The position numbers and the translations under genes are program-made. A stretch of DNA of 64,000 bases from Rhizophagus irregularis (Eukaryota), in the NCBI RefSeq assembly GCF_026210795.1, contig NC_089435.1:806001-870000 (forward strand), written 5' to 3'. Below the pieces are notes generated by a model. The model worked only from the letters and a program-made list of their open reading frames with translations. It ran no database searches and was not told the DNA's origin. Shown piece by piece: positions 26,122-39,130 of the stretch; within the stretch, counting starts at the first letter, position 1; every line of letters starts with the position of its first letter.

Positions 26122-28140
26122 TTAATAATCTCTATTTATATTCTTAATAGGCTGATATATTTTTGGCATTTCAACATTTTTTCCAATAAAATTATCAATC
26201 CTATTATTAACCGAATGAGGAAATGGGATTTCAGGTAGTCTAGATACCGCATCAAGTCTTGCCATTTGCTCAGACGTCAGTCTAATAATAAATAAATAAA
26301 TAAATAAAATTAATAAACCAAAAAAAAAAGCAAACCACTTTTTTTAATAACATGACACTTACTTGAATTCAAGAGCTTTAATATTTTCTTCAAGTTGAGC
26401 AACAGTTGTAGAACCAATTAGAGGAGAAGTAATTCCAGGTTTTTGTTTAATCCAATTCAAAGTAACCTTAAATAAAAAAAACAATATTTTTTTTTATATC
26501 AATTAAAAAAAGAATTACTTTATATAAATTATAAATAATTACTTGAGCAGGAGTTCTATTAATCTCCTTTGAAATGGCAATAACTTCATCTAAAATTTCC
26601 CAATTTTTTTCATTTTTCGCAGTATCCGCAATTACTCGACCGCGATATCCTGATTTTGGATCAGGAAGTGTTTCTTTCGTATATTTTCCTGAAAGAAACC
26701 TATTTTATAAAAATATTATTATATTGCAATGTAATTTGTTAAGGTATAAATGATCAATTACCCCTCTGCGATGGATCCCCATGGTATAATCCCAACCTAA
26801 AATATTTTTTCAAAAAAAAAATAAAATAAAAATAAATAAAAATATCGATTAATTTACTTAATATAATACAAATATACAATGTATAAAGGTATAATAGGTA
26901 TAATAATACATACACCAAGTTCAGCACAAGCGGGTTGTAAATCAAATTCCAACCAACGATTCAACAAATTATAACGCGTTTGAAGTCCAATGAAAGGACT
27001 AAACACAGTTGATATATATGTGTGAAATTATATTATAAATTTGTTAATTATTTATAATTTCGTACCTCCATCCGCGTAAATTGGCAATAGTATTACTACA
27101 AGCGAGTGCCCAAGATGGAATATTACTTGCTGCAACATACAAAGCCTATTCGTCCAAATTTATTTTTTTTTAATAAATCAATTTAATTATTTTTCAAATA
27201 AAATAAAAGGATTTACTTACTTTCCCACTCCGAACGACATCATCCAATGATCTCATCATTTCTTCAATTGGAGTTCTATATTCATGGTAATGAGTATACA
27301 AAATATCAACATAACCCATATTCAATCGTTTCAAACTTTCATCTAGATTTTCCACGAGACTTTTTCTATGATTTCCTCCTAAAAAAATATATATATATAT
27401 ATTGATTTTTTTATAATCAGTTAATATAGAAGGTTAATAATTTGTGTATGTATAAATTAGATTACCGGCATTCGGATTGTATCTCATGCCTTCATACATT
27501 TCGGTTTTATTTACTATAAACGAATTTTTTTAATTTAAATGTACAGTAAAAAAAAAAAATTTCAAATTAGATTTAGCACGATTCATACATGTATATTTTG
27601 TGGCAATCACGACTTCAGATCTTTTATCGGCAACATAACCTCCAAGGAAACGTTCACACTAAATTATTTTAAATGATTTTATTATTAAGATCAACGACTT
27701 TTTGAAAAATATTTACTTTTTTATTACTTACTTGACCATTATTGTAAATATTTGCAGTATCTAAAAAAAATAATAATAATAATAATAAATAAATAAACGA
27801 AATTAAATTAAAATATCAAAGATTAAGTGAAATAACTACAATAACTACGTAAAAAAGTTACCAAAAAAATTTCCTCCTTTTTCATAATAATGATCGAAAA
27901 TTTTCTTCGAATTCTCATAATCACTATCTTTATCAAATCCCTGATAAATATAAGTGTACATAATATTTTGAATTCAAATTAATATTTCTTAAATTATTAT
28001 TTCAATAAATCTTTTTAAGATAGTGATCTTACCAAAGCACCAAGACATAATGGAGAAATTCTTAACCCACTACGACCTAATAAAACATAATCATCAAGAG
28101 CTCCAATGGTTTCAGTGGACGAAGAAGTATCCTGAGCCAT
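26122..28140 (-). CDS. Aldo-keto reductase (aryl-alcohol dehydrogenase-like), about 12 exons, apparently intact
   Basis: MAQDTSSSTETIGALDDYVLLGRSGLRISPLCLGA...GGNFFDTANIY...VIATKY...GGNHRKSLVENLDESLKRL...YVDILYTH...QTRYNLLNR...IIPWGSIAEGFLSGKY...PAQVTLNW...PLIGSTTVAQLEENIKAL; GT-AG introns; TAA at 26124-26122. Confidence 0.92.
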
Positions 28141-29229
28141 TTTCTTTTTTTTTTAAAAAAAAAAACCCTCTATTGATATGAGCTTATAAATATAGTTTTT
28201 TCAGAGTTTCCCGAGCTAAACTTTAAAAGGTTAAATTTATTGATGTACATTGTACAAGATCCACGGATAAAAAAATATCCGTCTCGATTCGCTATCCGGG
28301 TATTTAATAAATCCACCAAAAACATTATTACAATTAATCAATTAATCGTAATTCTTAATTTTAATTTTTTTTTAGAATTTTGAATTTTTAGGATAAAATT
28401 AGACTACTACAATCATAGAATTTTTCAATTATGGGAAAACTTACATAAACATTTTAAAGCATGTGATAATTTCAAAACTTTTTCTAATTAAAGAAAAATT
28501 CAAGTCCTTAACAAATAAAACGAGTTTTTATTCAAGATTTTAACATAAAAAGATTTAAATATAAATTTAACTCCTTAAAAATTACGTCAATTCGTTAATT
28601 TGACGAACAATCATTTTTTTTTTTTATGTATTACCCGATATATTAATCACACAATTGCTTAATATAGGAAAGTTACTATATTACATAAACGTTATTTCCC
28701 AATTAAAGTCACAATTTAATGTATTCATAAAAGGAAATTGTGTAAATAAAAAAAAATTTTTTTTCCCAATCTCTTTCTTTTTTTTTAATAATTTTTTTTC
28801 TAATATATAATATTATTTGTAAAACTGTTCTTTCTACTCATAATAAAGTTAAATTTAAGAGCGAACTTAACAAACTAATGATTAAATTACTCAACTAATA
28901 TAATTCACACGAAGTGTATCTAAATCTTCCATTACAACCAACCTATTATAAACGAATTCAATATGACAAAACCACAGTCCTCAATATATATAAAAAAAAC
29001 TTTAGAAGATTCAACTACATAAGAAATAATATAACTATATTAAATACATAATAATATTAAATAATTTAAAGCAATCATCTACATGCAATAATATAACTAT
29101 AATACATAATAATATTATACCGACGCAATTTAAAGAACTATCAACGACTACGCGTAATTAAAATTACCGAAAAAGACGTTATTTTACGAAGTTTTCACGA
29201 AGACCTTCTTTGCTGGTTAAATAATTTAA

Positions 29230-30158
29230 AAGCAATCTTTATTGGATAATGGATGGAACGTTCAAACACTTCCAAATTCCAATCATATTTAAACAGTTAT
29301 ATACTCACATGAGTTATGTATGCCTCTTGTTTACGCATTAATAACTAGCAAGTCTAAGGACAGGATTTATTGATTCTATTCATAATATTTTGAAATCACA
29401 ATTTGTTTTAACAGATTTTGAAAAATCTTCTATTGATACTATTCAGCTTTTACTTTAATATATGAAGCAATTCAAAATAAAAATCTTTTCTTTTAGTTGA
29501 AATTACTATATGTAAATCATTCAAAACAAAGGACTATTATATCTATTATCAGTAAATACATACTTCTGATCTTATTACTTAGTATAACATAGATGAAAAT
29601 TTTAGTTTATTAATTCGACACATTCCTGCTTTTGGATTTTTTCTGCCTGGTGACGTTTCTATTAATTGAAGACTAATATGCCAATAGAAAGAAGCAAATG
29701 TAATTATGGAATGGTCTGAAGATTATTATGTTCATGATAGAGTAATGATATACATCAAGAAGTGAAAAGTAATATGATCTCACTAATATTTCCACCTTCA
29801 CTTTGGTCAGTCACCGATAATATTGAACTCAAAATTCAGTAGAAGGTGTGAGACATTATTAGGTAGTGCATAATCATAATCGATGAGAAGAGTATGGTTG
29901 GAAGAAGAATGCTCATGCGGTTACGACAAGCCTTTCCCGAGAATAAGAACGAACCATTCGGTGGCAGATTTATATTTTTTCAGCAACTTCGAACAAAGTG
30001 TATTTAAAATTATAAAGGAAATCCAAAAAGAATAAATCAAATAGATCCAACTTGAAATAGCGAAGTTTACTAGAAAAAAGACCATGAGCGTGAATCCCAA
30101 ATTCAAACGATGTGTAATTGACTTCCTTCGCGAAATTGCACATAATATGTCTTTTTAA
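29230..30158 (+). mobile_element. MULE (Mutator-like) transposase relic
   Basis: WIMDGTFK...PIIFKQLYT...PLVYALITSKS...DENFSLLIRHIPAL...IFPPSLWSVTDN...TQNSVEG...IIKEIQKE...IDFLREIAHNMSF*, broken by stops and indels. Confidence 0.85.
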
Positions 30159-31128
30159 ATAATCTTAATTCCTTTTTTATATTATGGATTAAAATAGTGG
30201 TGGTTAATATTGTATAGAAGTGTCAAGAAAATGGATAAATGCGAAATTGTGTAATTATATTTAGTATCAAGCATAACTTTATATCTGAAAGTTTACGTAA
30301 ACAGAAAATTTATATCTTTCTTTTATATCTCATTGTAGTTAAAGATTTATTTATATTTTCAATACTGTTGTATTAATATTTATTTAATTTTACATATACA
30401 ATTGCAATTTAATTATTATATACTTGTTCATTTGTCCAATTGTCTTTATAAAATATTTTACACTTGATTCTGTATTAAAATTGAAATATTCATTTTGTCA
30501 TTTTGATTGTTGATAAAATGTACTTGTTGATAAATATATTTGTTAATACTATTACAAGACTTTGCAAATAGATCATAGTCAGTTATAAATATGTGACATA
30601 ATGTTTAATGTTATAAAGTGAGTGGAAAGAAATAATTTGATGCCTATATATTTTTTATAGCATTGCTCACTTCTTTATGTATCTGAAAAACTGATTAAAA
30701 TTTCCCACAATTCAGGATACTCCGGCCAAAACTAATACGATTTTGTCCTATAATAATGACACATAAAATACAGACTAATAAAAATCTTTTTTGTCAATTT
30801 TTTTGTATAGCCATTATTTAGGGTTTTTATTCTTTTATGGATGTTGATTGATTAATCATGACCGCATGACGACTCTTTATTCAAAATGAATTAATACGTA
30901 CGGTATCAAATAGAAATGTGACTTCGTGATAATTATTCATGAGTCATAATATTACGAAACATAAGTTTTAAATAGTTGTAATAACTAAAAGCGAGGATAA
31001 AAAAATGGTAATAACCATTTAATAGTGATCATATACATCTAATGGTGGTTCATGTTGGTTGTTCTGATATATATAGGCGCTTAGACTTTTGCATTTTGAA
31101 AACAAATCTTGGACGAAATTAAAATAAA

Positions 31129-32424
31129 ATGAAGGAGCTCATCGACTTCTTGCAGCAGAAGGAGGACGACTTGGAACTTGAGAAGGAGGACTTGGAAATT
31201 GTTCGCAAGAAAAGGATTAATGGCTGTGGCTTTTTAAGGATAACTGAAAAAAAGCTTGAAAAATGGGTATGTCTGGTGGTCCAGCGGCTAGACTTGCCTA
31301 CTTTTCCAAGGAATATAAGAAGAGAAAGTTGTGCTCGTTCTCCTTGTACAAGACCCAGAAAGACTTGAATGAGATGCTTGAGAAATATGGAATCGTTACC
31401 CTATAAAAAATTTTTATCCGAATATTTCCATTATTTCTCCGTGTCTTCCGTAAAAATTCCGTGAAAATGATACATTCACGGATATCCATGTTAGCAAGAT
31501 GAAAATTTCCATGATTTAAGGCTATAAATTCCATGAAAATGATACATTTACTGAAAAAACATGGAAAGATAAAACACGGATCAGATTTTTTACAGGGTTA
31601 GCGGTGATATAGCTCGCATTCCACAGTTCATACCACGTAAGTAATCACATGTCATGTTCTTTATTGAAATATTTCAAACTCACTTATAAAGGATTACAGC
31701 TATCCAACCAATCGACGAAAATGCCCCGCAATTTGAGCTTTGCATTAACGATATTCTTCGCAGGATAAGAAATATGGGACCGGTTATAGATAGTAATGAG
31801 GCTATACGTTGTGAGTATATTTCTACAATCTTGCACACGGCAGTAAGTCTTCTCGAGGATTTGATGATCACACCTCAGGCAAATATAAACACAGGTCGTG
31901 TTGATTATGCAATCAAAAAAATTATCAATGAAATTTTGGAGGAGATAATTTGCATAACCGAGAGCAAACCATTTCAGACGACTTTGAGTGTTTGCCAAAA
32001 TTTACTGCAGTGTCAAAGTGCGTGTGATGTAAGTATAACAATTTGTTCTACTCCATTGCTCGTTAAGGTTGATCATGGGTATTGCTAACTTGCTTCGCTA
32101 CCCCAGATGAACATAAAAATGAACAAGAAAAAGCGAAAGGCAAGTGATGTGTTCAATCCTGATTACGAATATGTCTATGGTATAGTCAGTACTGGGACTG
32201 ACTGGTACTTCACTCTTCATAGCACTGAGGGCATATATAGTACAAGCAGGACCGAATATCGAATTTCATTGACAGAAAATACTCTTAAGGACTCAACCGA
32301 GTTGCGCAAAAATGTAAAGAGGATTTTGGAGGTTATTGTGGGCTTGTTAATGGATAGGGCATCAGTTAGTAGAGAACCTGCAACTAAGAAGCGTCACGTG
32401 GAGGAAATAACAAATGTATTATAA
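31129..32424 (+). pseudogene. Crinkler-like gene: SAM-like N-terminus plus PD-(D/E)xK REase-type C-terminus; frameshifted and MITE-interrupted
   Basis: N-term LIDFLQQKE...KKRINGCGFLRITEKKL, frameshift, GGPAARLA; C-term NEAIRCEYISTIL...GRVDYAIK...ICITESK...QNLLQCQSA...VYGIVSTGTDWYF. Confidence 0.75.
31399..31597. mobile_element. 199-bp MITE with CCC...GGG ends and 3-bp TTA TSD
   Basis: TIR CCCT(A/G)TAAAAAAT...ATTTTTTACAGGG; TTA on both sides; removing it restores KYGIVSGDIARIPQF. Confidence 0.88.
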
Positions 32425-33259
32425 TAAATGTATATTTTTTATCTTTGTATTACAGTAAGGCTGGTTGAATTTATCTTCTTGAATTACTTAAATTTTGATA
32501 AAGATGAATCTCGCCTAACTGATGATATAAGTGGGTTAAGTACTATATGCAGGAAAATTTTCTCTGATGATATATATTTGACTTGAGTTAATCATGGTCA
32601 ACTATATTTTGCATGAATCATTACGTGTATCAGTCTATTAGGATACTGATATTTATATTTTTATGATCTTGTTTGGCGTAATTGAATTTAGTTACCGGTA
32701 TTTTAAATTTCGATATAATTTGATATCGGAACTCATAATCATGATAATCAGTTTTTATTTTTTTTTTTAAGTTAGAGCTGTGGTCAGTTACCAGTTTATC
32801 GGGTATACTCGGGTATTTATGATTATGGGTTATTGAAATATGTTTACTATTAATTAGAATTATAATAGATATTTAATAAAATAAATACAGTAGAAATAAT
32901 GTTATTACATAATATTTATCAATATGTCTGTGTAAACCCGTGGGAAACTGGAGACTATATAGACTATCTGAACTATCTGAGTTAATTTATTTAATAGACG
33001 CGAAAACTGATATTTTTCGCGTTTTCGTGTGTTTATTGCTCATAGTTTATAAAAAGTTTGTACAACAAAAAAATATATAAAAAGGTCTTAATATCCTTTT
33101 CAATTTCAATATGAAAAAATTTATTTCTACGAAAAAATTTTACGAAATAAATTTTAATTTATAATTTTAATTTATATATTTTACGAAAAACTCTTTACGA
33201 AAATTTAACTTTATAATTTTTTTACCCAACTTCACACCAACTTCATCAAATTCACCCAA

Positions 33260-33850
33260 ATGCCACGACATAAGAAATCGTCTAAAGGACATTCTTAGGG
33301 TAATTTGATAGTTGTTTATCAAAACGTAATTTCAATAAAAAAATATTTTAATATACAAAAAAGTATTCGTTATTTAATCATGTTGAAAATAATAGTACTC
33401 CGGAAAAAACACTACACAAGTTCCATCCCCACCACCCCATCTTCACAGCAATCACAAACTGAAAAAGAACAAGAGCAAAGAACAAGAGCCTGCTGTTGAG
33501 AAATCCGAAAAAGAAATTTTGAAGCCCCCAACTAATAAACCTGGTTCTTTAACAGTAAATAACAAAAACCAAAACTTCCTTTATCAACTCGTGATCACGT
33601 AGTTCAAATAATTAATGATTCAACGGTTGGAGATGACGAGTCAATTTGGGATGAGGGAGATCAACCTACTACTTCTTATAATATAGCCAGAAAACTTTCT
33701 AGTGTCGAAGAAGACGCTAACAAAGGTGATGGAATAGATTATAATGCATTAGAAGAATATACTACAGAAGAAAAAATTTCAGCAAAAAAAGATGAGGGAA
33801 ATTATCATTTATTGCCTTCGTCTATTGATGTTAAACAGAATAAGGATAGG
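33260..33850 (+). other. Disrupted K/R- then D/E-rich coding relic, probably repeat-derived
   Basis: MPRHKKSSK..., EKEQEQRTR..., acidic stretch DDESIWDEGD; stops and frameshifts. Confidence 0.3.
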
Positions 33851-35249
33851 CAGAACGAGATTAGGGTATTACGTGGTATGTATAAATTAACAAGTTTGCC
33901 GGATGGACGTGAGTAGGTGCGCACACTGCAGGGTTCACGCCTCGCATGAGACATGCTTGGTGCATCCAAGGTTACAGCTGAAGCCTTCCGGATGGTGACT
34001 CAAGAGACTTTAAAAGAGGTGTGTATTTTTTTATTTGCAAAGTGGGTAACTTCCTAAGCTAAAATTAGAACGGATAACTCATTGAGTCGGGGAGTTCACA
34101 AATTTTACTTAGGAGGGTACTGGATTTGTTTGTTTTGGTTGGGTAAGGGTGAGCAAAGTGGGTAATTCCTATGAAATTACCTGCTTTTTTTTTTATTTTA
34201 TTTTTATTTTTATTTTTTTATTCCCTTTTTTTCTTCTTTTTTATTTTATTTTTTTTTATTTCTCTTGTTCACTTGATAACCAACTAAAGCAGATAAATCC
34301 TACTTTGTTATTAGTAAAGTCTGCTAATTCTAAAGGAGGAATTAGCTATGTCTTCTTTACCATTAAATAAAAATTTAGCACACTATCAACAATTTCTTCT
34401 TTTTCATAATAGATAAATGCAACCCCTTGGAAAAATAATTTCCCATTCATAGTACTAGACTACTAGTACATGATTTAAATTACAATTTAGCAACCCTACA
34501 CTGAATGTTGGAAATCCGCAATTCCTTTTTTATTTTTATGAAAATCATATAATAAAAAAGCAATTGAATTTATCAGTCATACAAATAATTTAAATAGTTT
34601 GCAATTATAATTACATAAAAAAAATCCAAAGGTTTTTTATTTCAAGTTTACCAATATATTGTATAAACAAATGATTTTTTGTCTTTTTTTTTCGTATTTC
34701 GTGAGTCAATTACAGAATCTACAGAGTCAACTCGTAAATATCTTTGTGATCGGAGGCAGTATAGACACCTTATTCTCATTCAACGATTATTGAATAATCT
34801 TACGCTAATTGGTTAAAAAATTGCGCAGTACTTTGTTTGATATATTTTAACTTTTTTCGCGTGTTGCAGTTGTATAAATTATTGGTTTCGAGTGAGGCAA
34901 TGACAAAGCTCTAACTCGAATTCATAAGAACTGCGCCAATTAGACACGTGTTAATGATCATGAGAAAATCAAATGTGCTAACAGCTAAACAGAACAAGAG
35001 TGGTAATTATGTTCGCCTTGATTTTGTACGTCTATAAAGCCAAAAAATTCATGTGAATCATTATGAAAAGCTATCGTTAAATATTAATAAGAAATTTCTT
35101 TAATACTTGTGATGCCAACAAAATAACGAGTCACTGCGAGTGTGATGTCACTAACTTGTTACTCACGATTAGTAACTGATTTTTGATATAAATTTGACTA
35201 AAAATATTACTTCAAACTTTCACTTTTTTTTTTATTATTTTCACTTTTG

Positions 35250-36178
35250 ATGAAAATGTCTGAATTAATTGAATTAACTGAATTGGTTTTAGGAATTTGT
35301 ATAATGATTTTTATTAATGTTTGTTGTTGCGGTTGCATTTGGAGTAATTATCAAACATGGTTATAATTTTAATTATTCTCAAATCAATCGATTTATATAT
35401 TAAATCACTTTCTATCACTTTCTATTGTATGACTAGAACCATTGATCTGGATCTTATTCAGAACGAAACGACGGTAATAATTAATTTACATACTTCTCTC
35501 GATTTCTAAGATATTTTAAATAACAAAATATTTTTCTCATGTTAACTCTATCAAAAAAAATAATAATAATAATTTATCGATTATTTAGTGTTCTACCTGA
35601 TAACGAACACACATTCATCATTCTTTCACTCAAAGAAGAAAAACCTATAAGAGAATGTAATAATAAACATGAAAGCGATTCACTCAAAGAAGAAAAACCT
35701 ATAGGAGAATGTAATAATAAATATGAAAGTGAACCTATTATCGAGAAAATAAGGTAATCATACAAAGAATCTCGATTTTTAATTATCTGACAATAGTCAT
35801 AATATCTAATATGTCAATTATTTATTATGTCATTAGTAACGAACATACTGATATTGCTCCTTCACTTAAACAAATAGAAACAATAGAATCTGAGAAAGGA
35901 TGTAATACACACATATATATATTAAATTGTTTAATTCTTTATTTTAAAAAAATTAATTTTTTTTTTTTGAAAAATAGTGTTTGATGATGATGATGAAAAC
36001 CTTCACAAATATTTTGAAAGACTCAGTAAAAAAGTCGAAGTAGAAATTGAACGTAAAATTGATTATTAAATTTCTTTATTATCGGTATTATCTATTATTC
36101 TTAATAGGATTTCTTTATATTCTAGGAAAATTCCGGGATGGTACAACAATTAATGAAAGAGAATTTGAAAAGATTTAA
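35250..36178 (+). CDS. Small multi-exon hypothetical membrane protein with Cys cluster
   Basis: MKMSELIELTELVLGICIMIFINVCCCGCIW (hydrophobic segment plus CCCGC); several short GT-AG exons; two ~51-nt tandem units SLKEEKPI.ECNNK.ES at 35626-35730; exon chain inferred. Confidence 0.5.
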
Positions 36179-36675
36179 CTAAAATATGTAAATATATAAT
36201 TCTGATACTAAAGTAATTGGGTTTCCAGTAATATCTAATGGAAACATCGGAAAAATAATTTAGAATATTAATATTATTATCTAAAATTCCTTTTACATTT
36301 AAAATGATTCAATATGTATGAGTTAATTTTACTTATATATAATTTTGTAATTAAATAATTAAAAATCCCAAGTCATTCCTCTCTAAAAATTAACTTTTTT
36401 TCAAGCAAAACCTTAGTTATCCAAATGCTTTAATTTGTGGTACGTAAATTTACATGAAGCGTTTTTAAAATAATTGTTTCAAAAATACGGTAATTTGACT
36501 AATTTCAACCAAGAATCGATAAAATGTATTTAAGAACTTCATTTCGGATCACGTGCTTGCGGTCTGAATTACTGCGTCATTTTAATTTGATCGTATCTAA
36601 ATTCGTAAACATTTAAACATTTACATTAATTACAAAATTAACTAACTTATTAATAGACTTGGACTTTTCAAAAAT

Positions 36676-37058
36676 ATGAATATTAATGTAGAGAATAAAG
36701 TTGCTAATCTTGCGAACTCAGATGATTCTTCCGATGAACGAATAAAATGTAATAAATCAAATACTTTTCTTAATTGACGCAAAGAATGTAACTCCAAAAG
36801 ATTTCAACAAAATTTTGACAATTGGACCATTGGAAATGAACATGTTGATAAAGTTATTTAAAAAGTACAATTAAACCCAAGGAGTAATTGGGAGTTACTT
36901 GAATGGATCCCTTATATAAAATTAAGAAAAATAATTATAAAGATGCAAATTACCCTGGAATTAAAAATCCTCTTAAAAGTAGTGCAAAGTATGATTATTC
37001 AGTAGTACTTAAAAGTTTAAATGATTCATCAAGTATTAATGAGAGTTTTTAAATGAGG
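36676..37058 (+). pseudogene. Truncated 5' fragment of a TKL kinase gene
   Basis: RKECNSKRFQQNFDNWTIGNEHVDKVI*KVQLNPRSNWELLEWIPY...VVLKSLNDSSSINE; stops; no kinase C-lobe follows. Confidence 0.8.
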
Positions 37059-37494
37059 CAAGCAATTATTAAATATACTGTGACAAAACAATGAGTGAAA
37101 ATTTAGGTATGTATAGCATAATATACATATCCTGTATAATGAAAAAATGAAAAAATCAACTACTGTATTATAACATACTTATTTTAGATGAATATAATCG
37201 AAGATTGAAATATAAGAAAATAAATTTCTTATGAAATTACATTAGCATCAAAGAATTTTTTTAAAAAAAATATGGTTTACTAGTTTAGTTTATTTACAAT
37301 TTTATATTATTTTTACAATATATATAAAAGAAATTGAAAATTACTAATGAAAATAAACTCTGCAATACGAAATAATAAAATAATGCAACATTTTAAAACT
37401 TCAAGATTTTTACGTATTCTCCTAAATACGCCTCTTTATCACACATTTATACATATCTAAAAAAAAGATCGTGTCAATTACTATAATACAAATC

Positions 37495-37790
37495 AATTTA
37501 GTATATCTGTTTCTAATGAAGTCCAACCACCCATCATTGGTTTGATAATGTTTCTAGAAATAACTGTTTTGCGTAAATCTGCTCGCCTATTTGAAAAGCT
37601 CGAGCGATCATTTTTGCTTGATATCCCATTTTTGTTATTTTTCTAGCTTACCTCTGCTTGATCCGCAACCACTTCACAACATGTTTTCCAAATGTTATTG
37701 TGAATTTTATTTACCATTCGAATTAAAATATCTTTTCTTCTCCAAGAAAGACTATTAATTTCAGAATCAATCCTTCGTTCTGTTCAAAAA
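37495..37790 (-). mobile_element. 3'-terminal relic of an RNase H-type retroelement ORF
   Basis: NKIHNNIWKTCCEVVADQAE...NGIS resembles the IW..R/C tail also seen near 15860. Confidence 0.4.
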
Positions 37791-38894
37791 TATTTTGATG
37801 ATAGCAAGAACACCTTATACCTAAATATAATTTTTATGCTTAAAGATCTGTCTTAGCTACCGTAGTAATACTGTATACTCCTATTCAGCAAGAGAGCTGA
37901 AAATTAAATTTTTATTCATGGTATTGAAGTTTTAATTGCACGAATACGGCAATATATAATAAAAGTTCTAAGACAATAAATAATTAGGCGGGATCCCACC
38001 ATATCAGCATCAACAAAGTAAATGGTCTGAAAGTGACTTCTGGTTTTATTATATTTGGTGATGCTAAGTCTCATTTGAAGATAAGCAAAGCAATCTTGGT
38101 AGTTAGACGTTCAAAATAAACACTATGAATTATAAGTCAATCTGTACGAATAATAACATTCTTTGTCGCGGATTGAGAAATAAAAGAAATTCATGAATTT
38201 TATTGATAAAATACCAAAATAAAAATATTCATATCTAGCCTATCTGATCAGATCTCATTGAAAGAATTCGATGTGATGTTAATGAAAGATTCCATTTGGC
38301 AATGTCTCATTTTATCTCTAATATGGTTTAATAAAATAACATGACTTCGTTATTTTTCATAATGCAAACTAACCTACACACGCACACTAGCATGCAAGTA
38401 GCTAATAAGCGCCTTATTAATTCTTATAAAAAGATAAATTAGGTATATGATTCGGCTCATAGCTATGATACAAGGGTTTATTTTACAAAATGAAATGGCA
38501 TCCCTAAACTAATACTGCGAACTAAATTAATCTAAACTAACACATGATCCAGTTTCATTTGTCTCAATCATCAATATTCTGAATAGAAAAAAATGGTCAT
38601 CAGTTATATTTGAGACATGCAGTGTAAGAAATAAATTAACTTCATCTAACCTTAGTAAAGCCTCTCTCCTATTCAATAATAAAGTTGTACTGATTTACTT
38701 CTGTTAAAAATCCTTCCCAATGTGTTAGAAGTACTAGTATCAGTGGTGACGGAATACACTATAAAACTTCATTTGACGTAAGTCCTGAAAACAAAAAATG
38801 GGATGAGCAAATAAATACTATGAAAATACCTGACTAGAAAGACATTTATTGAATAACACGTCGTTAAACTATTTTATGATAGAACCTACTTTAA

Positions 38895-39130
38895 TTATTC
38901 AACTGAGTGATAAAGTCTGCAATGTTCATGGCTGGTCCTCTCCTTAAACCATCTTGCAAAAGCGTATTTTTGGTAAAGAAACGCTACACCGTTTCTAAAT
39001 CTCGATTTCACCATTGTTAAGAGAAAATTTATCTTTGTGGGAATTTAAAAAATTTTTGACAGCCACTACGCTCCAACCTTCAACTCCCTCAACTGACGGA
39101 TTAGCGTGAGTACTTGTAGAACTTAACATG
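38895..39130 (-). pseudogene. SAM-like N-terminal fragment of a Crinkler-like gene
   Basis: MLSSTSTHANPSVEGVEGWSVVAVKNFLNSHKDKFSLNNGEIEI*...LQDGLRRGPAMNIADFI; same header type as the 31129 gene. Confidence 0.55.
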
